A DNA stretch of 64,000 bases from Enoplolaimus lenunculus (Eukaryota), in contig JASANG010003810.1 of the NCBI GenBank assembly GCA_030248215.1, positions 558,001-622,000 of the forward strand, read 5' to 3'. The notes beneath the pieces were generated by a model. That model was not told the origin of the DNA and made no database searches. It saw only the letters and a list, made by a program, of their open reading frames with translations. Made by a program: the position numbers and the translations under genes. This document shows, one piece after another, positions 31,501 to 42,527 of this stretch (positions within the stretch are counted from its first letter, which is position 1; each line of letters begins with the position of its first letter).

Positions 31501-34500
31501 AAGGATTCCCTTGCATAGGAAGTAAGTGTATTACAATTGAAAATTATTCTTCTAAATTCGTTAGGGTCGCAAAAGTTCAGGTGGGAGTTGGTCGTTTGAA
31601 ATCTTCCCTCGAATCGTTTCGTTTCAAGTAAATTTATATTTAAGTTTTCAATTGACACATAACCTTTGTTACAATGCTCATTTTAATTTGTGAGTAGTGA
31701 CCGGAATAAGAGGGGGTTCCCATTTTGAGTCCAAATCAGTAGAAGTTCGTATCCCTAAGTCCGTAAGCGGATTGTGTCCCTAAGCTCTAATTAGAGTCTA
31801 TAAATGTCAATTATCCCTAATTTTAGCGCATAAATGACACCAGGACCAAATAATTTGAGTTCGGTTTGAAAGCCATTGTTCGATAGGTTTTTTCTAGAAA
31901 ATTCCAACGTGAAATCAGCTGAATCCAAATTTTCCCTGCAGGTACAATATTTAATGAAATAATTGAACTCAAGTTACCATTTGCTATCATTGTTAAGCTT
32001 GGGAAGGGTAGAAACCCAAATTTCCACTCGAGCTCGCGTCACCGCCTTATTTCGTTATGTAACTCAAAATGCGAACTTAAAATGTTACTGAAATAAGTTT
32101 GAAGTTTTCTGACGACTTTTCGATATAAGCCCTATTCATACGTGCAAGTTTTTACTACGAGAACTTGCAGCTGCAAATTGCACGCAGAACGTGCATTTTT
32201 TTCATCAGCCAATGAGAAAACGGCTGCAATAAATTCAGTGAACTTGCATGGTTATTCCCACATGTGAACTAGCTCTGATTTTTATTGAATAAATTTGCAG
32301 CTGTAAGTTTTTCGACCGAAATTTTGGAAAAAACTTGCAAGTACAAGTTGCAGTTGCAAGTTCTCGCAGCAACAACTTGCACCTGTGAATAGGGCTGTAT
32401 TGAAAAAAGTTTGAACTTCTGACAACTTTTCGTTTAACATTTCATTTTGAATCAAATTTTATTATTTGCTAAAAAATTTCCTGTAGCAATTTCAATCCAG
32501 TTTAATATTGAAAATTTCAGCTTATCCTGCAGCATACAATCAAGCATTTACACAAGCGATCGCAGCTCAGCAAGCGACCTTGTTTCCTCAGACACAGCGT
32601 GAAGGTATTTAAATTTCAAAATAAAATTCAAATTTATGCCCCTGATGTCCTAAGTTTTGTTGAAAATCGCGAAAATATTTCTAATATTTAAGCATTTTTT
32701 ATTTACTGTAAAATGTTTAAACGATCACATTTCTGACATTTTTTGGCTCATATCACAATCGATGCAATCGTATTGACATATTTATAAGCTTAAGCCTAAA
32801 CCTAAACCCTATGTCTAAGCGTAATGATGAACGTCTGCTTTAACCTCATCAGGCTAAAGCTTAAGCTTAAGCCTAAGCAAAAAATTGTCTAAAGCTTAAT
32901 TTATTCTGTAGCAAGTCCGCTGACAAAATGGTCCGCCCTTTACATGGCTCAGTTTTTTTTTCGTTGGTTTCGGAGCCCGTATTCTCAAATATGTGTAGCA
33001 CCCATTACCAGTTGGTGATAGGGCCTGTAAACCTTTGAACCACGGTGTGATGAGATTTGAAATTAAGCACATTGATTGAATCCGATTAAGTCTATTTCTG
33101 TGCAAATTTTAAGATGTACAATTACAGCAGTTCATTAGTTTGAAAACCTATTTTACTAACTTGTGATAGGTGCTATATACATTTGAGAATACGGGCTCAG
33201 GTCCGTAAGACGTGATCGTTTTAAGTTAACCAGTTTCCGCTCTAATTGTATTATTAGAAATGTTACGGACTACCAAAGTCATCTTTAGATTAACTTAAAT
33301 CTGATTGAAATTTTTTCGAAAATTCATTTTTATTTCATATTTTTTGTTTTTTTTTTTTTGAAAAATTAATTTTTATTTCATATTTTTTGGTTTTTTTGAA
33401 AAATTAATTTTTATTTTGTATTTTTTGGTTTTTTGAGCAATAAATTTTTATTTCATATTTTTTGGTTTTTTTGAGCAATAAATTTTTATTTCATATTTTT
33501 GGTTTTTTTTAATTTCATATTTTTTGGTTTTTTTGAAAAAATAATTTTTATTTTGTATTTTTTGGTTTTTTGAGCAATAAATTTTTATTTCATATTTTTT
33601 GGTTTTTTTGAGCAATAAATTTTTATTTCATATTTTTGGTTTTTTTGAAAAATTAATTTTTATTTCATATTTTTGGTTTCCAACAATTCAAACCATATCA
33701 GAGAGGTTTTTTAAGCTCGAGGCTTTACCGACAGATGAGTGGACCGAGTTTGTTCAGATTATTGCCGTGCTTTTTGGGCGATATTATATTTATTATCCGT
33801 AGGTTGAATATCAGCCGAGAGCTGAAAATCTTTATATCAGTTCTAAGTAGGAGGTAGTATGTCTTATGTCGCCCAGGCGGCATCCTTTGATGTAGGTAAT
33901 AAATATATACTAGTCATCCAACTTTGCGCAATGCGCAAAAAAGTTACCAAATGCATAAAATCTGGATGCAAATTTTTCAATTATAAAACAATCCAGTTTG
34001 TGTGCAATGAAACTGTTGTAAACAAAGTATGTTGGAAACTTGCCCAAAATACGCATGTGAGGCGTTCCAGCTTTAATATATAAATATATCAAAAAAATGG
34101 TTTAGTTGTTTTGTTATTTTCAGGTCCTGAAGGCTGTAACTTGTTCATTTATCATCTTCCGCAAGAATTCGGCGACGCAGAATTGATGCAAATGTTCATG
34201 CCGTTTGGCCATGTTGTTTCTGCCAAAGTTTTCATCGATCGCGCAACAAATCAAAGCAAATGTTTTGGTAAGAAATAGCGGTCCATTTAAAGATTTTGCG
34301 GGCGTGGTCGTTTTTGTGCGGCACTACAAAAGAGTATTACACTTAAGCTTTAGACTATTTTTTGCCCCATAGTCAACACAACTTTGTATAAATGTTACTT
34401 TTAATGCGGTAACAGTAGGTTAGGCATATTTCTAAACCTAAGCCTAAGCGTTCAAAAAAGTGTAAACCTAAGGTTAAGCTAAAACAAGTAGCCAAATGTT

Positions 34501-36114
34501 TAAGCCTATTGTTTTACTGTCTCAACAGAAACCGGGACGGCCGTAAAAGTAACCTACGGTACAATTTTGATACGGGCAGAATTGAAAAACTTATTTTAGA
34601 CTATAAAGTTGACGCTGATGCAGGTCCAAGTATCCATTTTTGCCGGTTTTGTTGTTTTTCCCTCAAAGTGGGAACGTTCCACCTTCTCAAACGGTCCATG
34701 TATATCTGAGGGTCGTACCAGTGGTGTAAGCATGTAATCGAAAGCCTCTAAGCTTATAACTAACGCCTGGGCCCATATTCTCAAATGCGTATAGCAAATA
34801 TCATCAGTTAGCGATAGGTTTTCATGCTTAGTAACATCTGCAATTGCAGATCTCGAAATGGGACAGAAGTACGGCAAATGAAACGCAAACAATATGCTAA
34901 ATTTTGAACCTCAGGTTGCGCTGGTTCCAAAGTTACAGAACATAACACCAACTGGTGATAGGTGCTACACATATTTGAGAGGTTTTTTCCGTTATCCCCC
35001 CAGCGCGCGTTTATCCAAAAATCGTTGGATTTAAAAAAATTCATATTTGAGCTTCTCATGACCTCTCAGATCATTCCACGCCTAAACTTGAATTTTTGAA
35101 AAATTTGATTTTTTAAGGTCCCGAGGTCCCTCGTAGGGATCTAAAATTTTTGTCTAAAAGTTTGACAATTTATAAACCATTAGATGCAGAATTCGGCGCT
35201 GCTTGCAATAGTGGTAAATTTTTTTGCAATCAGACGATTGGTTAACAAGTTACTGTCAAATAACTGATTTGGCACGCTGCCAACGATTGTGTCGGCGCCA
35301 TATAGTTATTTGACCATAATGCGTTAACCAATCGTATGATTGCGAAAAATTCAAAAGTATTGAACTAAGCTGATTCAACTCCATAAGCTGCCTCAAATGG
35401 TATATCATTTGTCAAACTTTCTCACAAAAGACTTTTTTGGGTCCCAGTGGGACGTCGGGATCTTAAAAATCGAATTATTCAAAAATTCAAATTTAGGCGT
35501 GGAATGATCAGGGTAGGTTATGAGAAGCTCATATATGCAAAAATTTTCAAAATCCATTTTAGGTAAACGCGGACTCGGGGGATAACGAAAAAATACCCCA
35601 TTTGACAATGCTGGCTTTGGTTTAAGAGTAAGCCTAAGCCAAAACTTTTTCACTGTCGACTTAGGGACTACGAAAAGTGAGTTAAATGGTTGCAACACAC
35701 TTACACTGTAAATTCCAATGAGTTAATTAATTAACTCAGACGGAAAGTTAATTATTTCTGAGTTAATAACAGAACACTTTCACTCACTCTGAGTTGATTT
35801 GATTCTCACTGTGAGTTGAGTTGACTCTGAGTGAGTTGATTAATTCACTCAGAATGAATTGAATCAACTCAAAATTCTGAGTTCTGATAGTCCTAACTCA
35901 GACTACAGTGATTCACCTCAATCTGAGTTAAAATCAACTCACTAAAATTTACAGTGTATTTGAGTCAATATTGACTGCTCATTCAGGTTTCGTGAGCTTT
36001 GACAATCCAGCATCAGCATTGGCCGCAATTCAAGCGATGAACGGATTTCAAATTGGAATGAAACGGCTTAAAGTTCAACTCAAACGACCCAAAGACGCGT
36101 CAAAACCGTACTAA
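18660..36114 (+). CDS. unc-75: CELF3-6/Bruno-like RRM RNA-binding protein (UNC-75/CELF4/Bru-3 family), spliced, 5'-partial; join(18660..18708,24661..24789,25870..25949,26562..26726,27095..27443,28557..28868,30243..30317,31456..31521,32521..32604,34124..34267,35987..36114)
   Basis: Eleven GT-AG exons join in frame (1581 nt, 526 aa + TAA). Hallmark CELF3-6 peptides: [98 protein letters not shown]. Most of RRM1 is absent from the window. Confidence 0.93.
18925..19235. mobile_element. palindromic ~300-bp MITE (caagagtgcat...atgcactcttgg); other copies near 29845-30130, 43630-43885, 43888-44200, 47193-47510
   Basis: Long imperfect inverted arms with G/C-run sub-termini, repeated across the window. 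Confidence 0.75.
20322..20726 (+). mobile_element. hAT-like MITE with (ggaaca)n sub-repeats; second copy 57600-58018, remnant about 15700-15907
   Basis: CAGGG...CCTG termini; the 57600 copy is flanked by ATATATAT/ATATATAC. Confidence 0.75.
22348..23457. repeat. 124-bp tandem repeat, 9 near-identical copies, containing degenerate TTAGGC hexamers
   Basis: ggttcgatt recurs at 22361, 22485, 22609 ... 23353 (period 124). Confidence 0.96.
24661..24789 (+). CDS. unc-75: CELF exon B, RRM2 N-part ([12 protein letters not shown]...GPDGASK)
   Basis: tttttttcAG acceptor, AG|GTAAGT donor; 129 nt; RNP2 motif LFIGML. Confidence 0.96.
24858..25133. repeat. 92-bp tandem repeat, about 3 copies, TTAGGC-derived
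   Basis: actacgtg recurs at 24942, 25034, 25126. Confidence 0.88.
25456..25550 (+). pseudogene. tRNA-Pro-like pseudogene or SINE head with a (TAG)11 expansion
   Basis: GACCAAATGGTG(TAG)11CATGCTTGACTCGAGTGCAAGAGGGCCGAGGTTCGATTCCCGG; intact B box GGTTCGATTCC; acceptor stem degenerate. Confidence 0.65.
25870..25949 (+). CDS. unc-75: CELF exon C, RRM2 ([27 protein letters not shown])
   Basis: ttttttcAG acceptor, CCT|GTAAGT donor; 80 nt; completes RNP1 KGCAFLKY. Confidence 0.95.
26562..26726 (+). CDS. unc-75: CELF exon D, RRM2 end and linker start ([28 protein letters not shown]...)
   Basis: attttcAG acceptor, GAG|GTACAC donor; 165 nt, phase 0-0. Confidence 0.93.
27095..27443 (+). CDS. unc-75: CELF exon E, Ala/Gln/Gly-rich linker ([19 protein letters not shown]...SSCSYGA)
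   Basis: atttttcAG acceptor, T|GTAAGT donor; 349 nt, GC-rich and open in the required frame. Confidence 0.9.
27471..27686. mobile_element. GC-rich palindromic PIF/Harbinger-like MITE (ccgtccgtcacc motifs); other copies 43202-43407, 61505-61910, fragments 4335-4440, 28885-28962, 55130-55370
   Basis: The 43202 copy shows TAA|GGGTTACGCTCTACTT...AAGTATAGCGCAATCC|TAA (GG termini, TAA TSD). Confidence 0.7.
28214..28455 (+). mobile_element. TTAGGC MITE family A, about 100 nt upstream of exon F
   Basis: Intact left TIR ggcccatgtaaagatcaggggcggaac and TTAGGC array; right TIR degraded. Confidence 0.8.
28557..28868 (+). CDS. unc-75: CELF exon F, poly-Ala linker ([11 protein letters not shown]...[14 protein letters not shown])
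   Basis: attttcAG acceptor, T|GTAAGT donor; 312 nt, phase 1-1, open; this frame is not shown in the ORF track. Confidence 0.9.
28971..29507. repeat. 77-bp tandem repeat, 7 copies with a 3-unit higher-order period
   Basis: aaagttttg at 28972, 29049, 29126, 29203, 29280, 29357, 29434; variant order A-B-C-D-B-C-D. Confidence 0.95.
30243..30317 (+). CDS. unc-75: CELF exon G ([25 protein letters not shown])
   Basis: atttcAG acceptor (NAGNAG CAG/TAG), CAG|GTAAAT donor; 75 nt, phase 1-1. Confidence 0.82.
30299..30770 (+). repeat. 31/32-bp minisatellite, 15 copies, spanning the exon G splice donor
   Basis: Unit ggaattacgtcatttttag|gtaaagtattagc; copy 1 overlaps the end of exon G. Confidence 0.95.
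30930..31367. mobile_element. head-to-head (two left ends) TTAGGC MITE family A composite
   Basis: Left-end sequence at 30930 and its reverse complement ending at 31367; the interior switches from TTAGGC to GCCTAA. Confidence 0.75.
31456..31521 (+). CDS. unc-75: CELF exon H ([22 protein letters not shown])
   Basis: tgtttAG acceptor (NAGNAG TAG/CAG), A|GTAAGT donor; 66 nt, phase 1-1; resembles the CELF4 TAADPLQQAY segment. Confidence 0.82.
32129..32396. mobile_element. palindromic MITE (gccctattcaYacgtgcaag...cttgcacStgtgaatagggc); other copies 24314-24463, 46409-46630
   Basis: About 30-bp TIRs and internal ttgcaag/ttgcag sub-repeats. Confidence 0.75.
32521..32604 (+). CDS. unc-75: CELF exon I ([28 protein letters not shown])
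   Basis: aatttcAG acceptor, AG|GTATTT donor; 84 nt; YPAAY...QRE motif preceding RRM3. Confidence 0.92.
33310..33680. repeat. T-rich degenerate tandem repeat (about 39 bp)
   Basis: tttttgagcaataaatttttatttcatattttttggtt repeated about 9 times with variable T runs. Confidence 0.85.
33910..34084 (-). mobile_element. non-autonomous Helitron; related copies about 12120-12276 and 47500-47685
   Basis: Minus strand ends CTAG|T with the palindrome tttgcgcaatgcgcaaa about 12 nt from the end; sister copies keep the A|TCTATATAT 5' terminus. Confidence 0.7.
34124..34267 (+). CDS. unc-75: CELF exon J, RRM3 first half ([25 protein letters not shown]...NQSKCF)
   Basis: ttttcAG acceptor, G|GTAAGA donor; 144 nt; near-invariant CELF RRM3 sequence. 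Confidence 0.97.
34981..35599. mobile_element. MULE/foldback-like MITE with ~170-bp TIRs
   Basis: Long imperfect inverted arms, G termini, TSD ATTTGAGA/ATTTGACA; inserted in the TIR of another MITE; fragment near 62520-62760. Confidence 0.75.
35704..35956. mobile_element. CACTG (CMC/EnSpm-like) ~250-bp MITE; other copies about 19732-19986, 39034-39257, 48547-48810, 52231-52482, 53029-53280, 59574-59820, 60762-61012, 62884-63066, 63093-63317, 63641-63866
   Basis: CACTGTAAATT...AATTTACAGTG termini; 2-bp TSDs that vary by copy (TA, CA, TG); gagtt/aactc sub-repeats. Confidence 0.88.
35987..36114 (+). CDS. unc-75: CELF exon K, RRM3 second half and stop ([42 protein letters not shown])
   Basis: attcAG acceptor; TAA at 36112-36114; basic C-terminus ending in PY. 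Confidence 0.97.
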
Positions 36115-36233
36115 AACTGTCATTTGTGTGTGTCGGGGGTCAATTTTTTTGTGTTGAGTTTAATGTGTTTTTTGGCGAATTTTTTTAGTTGTTTTTTTTC
36201 TGTTTAGTTTGTGTTTCTTATTTGAATTGAAAC

Positions 36234-36239
36234 AATAAA
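36234..36239 (+). promoter_or_regulatory. candidate proximal polyadenylation signal
   Basis: AATAAA about 120 nt after the stop codon, followed by GT/T-rich sequence. Confidence 0.45.
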
Positions 36240-37643
36240 CATTATTGTGTGTGGTTATTGTATTGTGACTATATTTACTATCGTCATATTGTGTGTTATT
36301 TATTGTTGTCTTTGTTGTTTGTATATATATGTTTTATTGTATTGAATAGTTTGATGTCTATGGTCTCGACACTTTAAAAAATGGTGAGTCAAATTGACTG
36401 TCGTCGAAATAGGTTTTGTGAGACTACAAAAACTGAGTCAAATTCAACTTCGCCACAGTCAACCGTTCGACTCAGTGAATCGAATTTGACTCTGGCGGAG
36501 TCGAATCTTGGCTCAGTTTGTGTAGTCCAGAAAAGTCTATTTCGGAGAGAGTCAATTTGACTCAGTATATTGTCAGTTTTAGTGTTTATTATTAACATTT
36601 TAAACAATTATCCAGTGTATGCATGATATTGTGGAGATTGCATTGAGTTAAATCTGAATTTAGTTTGATATAAAAGCTGAGCGAAGTCGGAGCCCGTATT
36701 TTCAAATTTGTGTAGCACCTATTACCAGTTGATGATAGGCCATGTAACTTTGAGAACCAGGGAATGATGACGTTTGAAATTCAGCGTATTTATTGCACTC
36801 GATATGCTCTACTTGTGTGGAAATTTTGAAATCTGCAATTGTTGCAGATCGTTAGTTCATAAAACCTATTACTAACTGACGATAGGTGCTATATGCATTT
36901 GAGAATATGGGACCACATTTCAATAAAATTATGCTTAGAGTTTTCGAGTCTTGCTGTAAATTGCAAGACCACTTAATATCCTGCTACGTTTTCTCGAGCA
37001 TGCGCTCAGCGGTGGATCCATAAATTTGTGACGAGGGGGCGGGGTGGCAAATGTTATGGAACGCAGCAATTGTAAGGTAGGGAGGGACCTTATCATTTTA
37101 TCATCACAAAGGTTCCTGAGGTGGAAACACAAACAAATTTCTGACGGGGGTGTACACCCCCCGCCCCCCTCTGGATTCTGTAGTGTATGCGTTGCCGATC
37201 AAATATGCTTCTATCGTTGTTCAAAGACGATTGCATAATTGCTTATTTTTTTGCTATTTGTGCATTGTATTGTGTATATTGTTTTGCGTATTATGTTTAT
37301 TGTTTTTTTCGTATGTTTGCGGTCATGTGTTCTGGTGGGTTGATGTGCGTAGTATTCGATTATTGTTTGGTTGCCTAAAAACTCTAGTGATTTGTTAGCT
37401 TCAGTAGTCGTATTTTCAACTTTCTGTTGCAACTATCACCAAACTGATAATAGGTGCTGCACACATTTGAGAATACAGTTCATGATGCCTATTTTATAGA
37501 TGATACCGGAATTTTGGTTCCCGAGATGTTGCAAGTATTTAAGCCAAAGCTGAGCCAAGCTATTTTGATTTGTAGATCACACCAATTTTGTGTATATCAA
37601 AATCTGCAACCACCCAACAACTCGTGCCATTTGTCTTTCCTAC

Positions 37644-37815
37644 GGCCAATGTAAAGATCAGGGGCGGAACGTTTTTCTGTGGGACTACAATAGAGTAAGC
37701 TTAAGCTTTAGAATAATTTTATGCTTGGGAATATGCTCATTCTTACGCTTAGGCTTAGGCTTAGGCTTAGGAATATGCTCATAATACTGTTCCGCCCCTG
37801 TTCTTTACATTGGTT
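37644..37815 (+). mobile_element. TTAGGC MITE family A
   Basis: Family TIRs; TSD TTTCCTAC/CTTCCTAC. Confidence 0.85.
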
Positions 37816-39405
37816 CTTCCTACTGTCGAGCGGCGATTCGTCGTGTCGACGGAAATAACATCTGTAAAATTCTAATAAAAAATTTTACGAAATGTAATTA
37901 GAATAACAAATCTGGGGGGAGGGCAGTGCTTGGAAACACCCCCTTCAAGGATATACCATTACCAAAATAGCTAGCTACAATTCTAGTCATACAGCATGGC
38001 TTTGATGTTCGAAGTATATGTTTTACATAGTATATAGTACCGTTATGGTGAGAACCAGGCCCGTAGCCAGTTCACCATGCCACGTATGACGAAAACTTTT
38101 CCAGGTGGGGAATACAAGTGCCCCACCCCCCACGCTGAATACGGGCCTGGTGAGAGCATAGATTGTCGAGTATGTTGTTGTATTGTGATGTAATTACTTT
38201 TACAGCAACAAATTTAAATTCTTAAATTTTTTGACTAATTTGAATTTTTTCGACTTCAATTGCAGCCAGCAACTCGACCAGATATTGTTCAAATAAAAAA
38301 TGACCAAAAATTTATATTTGATAGAGGGGGGAGTTGAAGAATTTTTGAAATACACAATTTCTGCGAAGCTGTGAATCTGCCTTTAAGTCGACTGGTTTGA
38401 AAAATTTTAAAAATTTGGACTGAGAGCTCTAATCATACGTAATATATGCCTTTCTCGAAGGCCGGCGTACACTCCAAAAAATGGCGAGTCAAATTGACTC
38501 TCTCCAAAAATAGACTTTTCCGAACTGCATAAACTGAGTCAAATTAAACTCCGCCAGAGTCAAATTCGTCTCACGCGAGTCGCTCAGTGAGTTCAATTTG
38601 ACTCTGGCGGAGTTGAATTTGACTTAGTTTGTGTAGTTCCGAAAGGCCTATTTTGGAGACAGTCAATTTGACTCACCATTTTTTGCAGTAGGCCTATCAG
38701 GTTTAAATTTGTTGCATCACCTGTAAATTTTCTCGAGTTAATTGTTTTTGTGTGATTGTATTTATATTTTTTGTTGCACTTTAATATAGAAAAAATACCC
38801 ATTTTACTTGATCTCACATTAGTTTGTATTGTGTATGTATATTGTATTGGTGTTTTGTAATGATTTCATCAGATTTGTCACCATCAGCAGCCTCCGTAAA
38901 AATTCTGGCCCTGAGTTGAAATTGGACGGGCGATTGCTCGACGGGCGAAGACAGATTCGACGGAGTAATAATCGGTAAAACGAACGAGATCGACGTTAAC
39001 GAATAAGATTAACAGAAATATCCAGCACATTGTACACTGTAAATTATTGTGAGTTGATTTTTCCTCGGAATGAGTTGAATCAACTCAGACGTCTGAGCTC
39101 TGAATTAGGACTTTCAGAATTCAGAAATCTAAATTGACTTAATAACTCATCTTGACTTAATTGGTCAACTCACCCGGAATTAAATCAACTCACGGTGAGT
39201 TCCAGAAATATCTAATTCACTCTCTGAATTGATTAATCGACTCATTAGAATTTACAGTTTTTTATAAAGCTGGAATGCCACACAATACGTAATTTAGCTA
39301 GGATGTTAGCTAATTAGCACATTATTGCGATTGGTCGAGTGTTTCTGATTTGAATTAGGCTAGCAAAAGACGAAAATAATTTTTCGAGGTATTCTATCCA
39401 CCATA

Positions 39406-39615
39406 CACTGCAAAAAATGGTGAGGCAAATTGACTCTCTCCGAAAAAGGCAGTACGGGACTACTCAAGCTGAGTCAAGATTCGACTCCGCCAGAGTCAAA
39501 TTCGACTCACTAAATCGCACGTTTTAATGTAGCGGAGTTGAAGTTGACTCAGTTTGTGTAGTTCTGTAGAGCCTATTTCGGAGAGAGTCAATTTGTCTAA
39601 CCATTTTTTGCAGTG
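39406..39615. mobile_element. second CACTG MITE family (cactgcaaaaaatggtgagtcaaattgac); other copies 36370-36566, 38470-38690, 43474-43615, 45190-45387
   Basis: Almost wholly palindromic; TA|CACTG...CAGTG|TA. Confidence 0.85.
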
Positions 39616-42230
39616 TACCCTTGATCATTTACGGTACAAAATTCGTATCATCAGAGATGCTATAATCATGGCAGCTTACGCTATTTTTACGAACCCTGAT
39701 GCTTTCAAATCTGATGAAATAGTAATTGGTAATTGGTTACATTGCTGTGCATTTAATTTTAAACAATTAACTCACAATCACATTCCGTATATTTTATTGG
39801 TGTTATTTGCTGTATTATTATTATTATTATTGTTTGTTTTGTATTGTTTATCATTTCACCCTGGCTGCCTAAAAAGGCCTACATCGTTTTTGGCCATCGC
39901 ATTAACGGGGCGTTTGGTTATTCAACCAATGGCGTCAAACAATTTGACTCAGCTAAAATTCGTTTAGTAGCTATGTAATTTACTGAAAACTATTACGGTT
40001 AGCTCGTTTAAATTTTAACTAAAAATTCCATTTTTTCTCGTATGCTTTCTCTCCAAAATGTTAGGCTTGGACTTTAGGTTAGGAAAACGCTTACGTAACC
40101 GTAAGCCTAACCCTGAACCATTTACCTATCAAAATTCTATAACTAAGGTCAAACCAAAGTGTAAACCTAAGCGTAAACGTGAGTTTAAGTATCAGCCAAA
40201 GCGTTAACATTCTATTCGGGCTGTTGACCAAAGGGGCAGGAGGCTCAGTCTTCCTGAAAATCATTTGGTTCCTTGAAAAAATTTTCAACCTTGTTTGTAA
40301 GTCAACGAAAACGCTTGTATGCCTGTCCTGAAAATTTTTAACCCTCTTTGCAAGGTGAGCTGGCTACGGCCAAATGTGAGGGAAAGTATACAAGAAGAAT
40401 TGTGAACAGAGTAGAATTCACTCACATTCCTCTATGATTTCCCTCAGTCTCTACACTATAGATGCGTAGTTTTTGTTGCTATTTATTTTGCTTTATTAGC
40501 ACTACTTTACGTATATCTGTTTGTGTATTATATGCAGATTGAAACATTAACATTTCGTACCGGAACCACACACGAAAACAAGCAAAGTCTTAGTTTTTCC
40601 AGAACAGGAATGTGATTTTTTGCTAAAACTGGCACACGATCCGGCATCCGAAATTTCGGTCCATGTATAGAACTGACCGTTACAGTAGTATAATCATATT
40701 CCTAAGCTTACGCCTAAGTCTAAGCATAAAAACAAGCGTATTCCTACGTCTAAACCTAAACCTAAGCCAAAAATAATGTAAAAAGTTTACGCTATTGCAG
40801 TCCCACAGAAAAACGTTCCGCGCCTGATCATTTGTATGGACCGAAACATGGTAGAAGCAAACCGGAACAGGATCGAATTTTGACACTGGTTCCGATGTTA
40901 ACGGTAGTTCTAATTTTTAATGTTTTCCTTGAACTTTCTTATTTGTAAATGAATTCTGTTTTTCTGGTCAACTGACCCTATTAAACTTTGAAGTTGACAC
41001 CAAAATTGAAATTTATTAAAGTGTCGTATGACGACCTGAAATCCGTTTGTTCCACACAGTGTAAGCAAATTATTGTGGATGATGCGTTTAAACGCAGTGT
41101 AAAATTTGTCACTCGTTAACGCTACCGTATGACACTTTTTCCGGCAAGAGTAAATTTTATATTGTGAACGTGTCACATGGATACATTTCTGTTGCTGGAA
41201 ATCGAAATTGTCAATAAATTATAGACAAACATGTCCGTAACCAGATCGTCAAACTAGGCAAGGAAAGAAATTTTTTCTTAGGGGCATGCAAGGAAAGCGA
41301 GGTTGAAACTTTGATGGGGGGATTCTATGGGGAGGGCACTGCGACCCATTGCCACTCGTTAGCTTCGGGACTGTGCTACTCAAGCTTTCTGGAGCTGTCC
41401 TGGTCTACGGATCAGTAGAGACGTCTGTAACTTTAATAGGTTTATTGACGAAGGTTTGCTCTGATATTAATGTTTGTTGTGCTCTTTGTGGCTTCGTTGT
41501 TATCGAGTACTTTACTAGTCGCCCTCGAACGTAGTTTAAGCAGCGGTCATAAATTTATAAATTCAAAACGTACAATAAATTCGAAGCCTGAACCTAATCC
41601 TAAGCTTACCTTAACCTATTATTAACTTTAATTTATAAACCTAATACCGTAACCGTATTAAGCATAAGCCGAAGCCTAAACCAAAACCAGGGCTAAAGAC
41701 TCAGTGTAGGCATGTAGCGGCGAAACTGGTAAAGTACTTGCGATATTCGCACGCTCAAAGGTTGTTGGTGTTGTGGGTCGTCGTTGGTTGGCTATTGTCT
41801 GTTGCTCGGACTTAGGGGGGTTTAGCGTATCGTGGTAGTTGCGGGGGTGGGTGCCGCACTGAACTAAACCGGCTGATTTAGGGTGGAAATGGCCTTTGCA
41901 CGCGATGAAAACTATGGAATATTGATGGCTAGAAATGCAGCGACGTGTTTGTTTTCTCACCAAGGGCAGACACGACATTTTGCTTATTCTCAGTATTGAA
42001 AATTGGTATTGTAACTATTCGGCCGTGTCACGCGACATTTTGCCTATGTTCGCTACTGAAAATTGACGTCTGAAGGAACTCGCCGTATCGCGCAACATTT
42101 TGCCTATCTACAGTATTCGCGAAGCACGGCGATATTAATGTTTCATGATAAAGTCAACAATGCCAAGCTTTGGTTGCTGTTGAAAGTAAGAAAGACACGA
42201 CATCTTTTAAGGTAGTGTCAAAAAAGAAAC

Positions 42231-42527
42231 AAATAAATAAATAAATTAAATAAATAAATAAATTAAATAAATAAATAAATAGATAAATAAATAAAATAAA
42301 TAAATAAATAAATTAATAAATAAACAAATACATAAATTAATTAATTGATTAACTAATTAATAGATAAATAAATAAATTAAATAAATGCGTCAAAAGTGTT
42401 ACTTTCATAGGCTATGTTGCTGTTTTTTATCACTACTAGAGTTGTACTGTGTTTGTTTTGTGTTGTTGTTGTTGTTTTAATTTTTCTTTGTTTGTTGTTT
42501 GTTTGTTTGTTTGTTTGTTGTTTGTTG
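42231..42527. repeat. (TAAA)n tract followed by a (GTT)n/(GTTT)n tract
   Basis: Directly visible at about 42231-42385 and 42447-42527. Confidence 0.9.
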
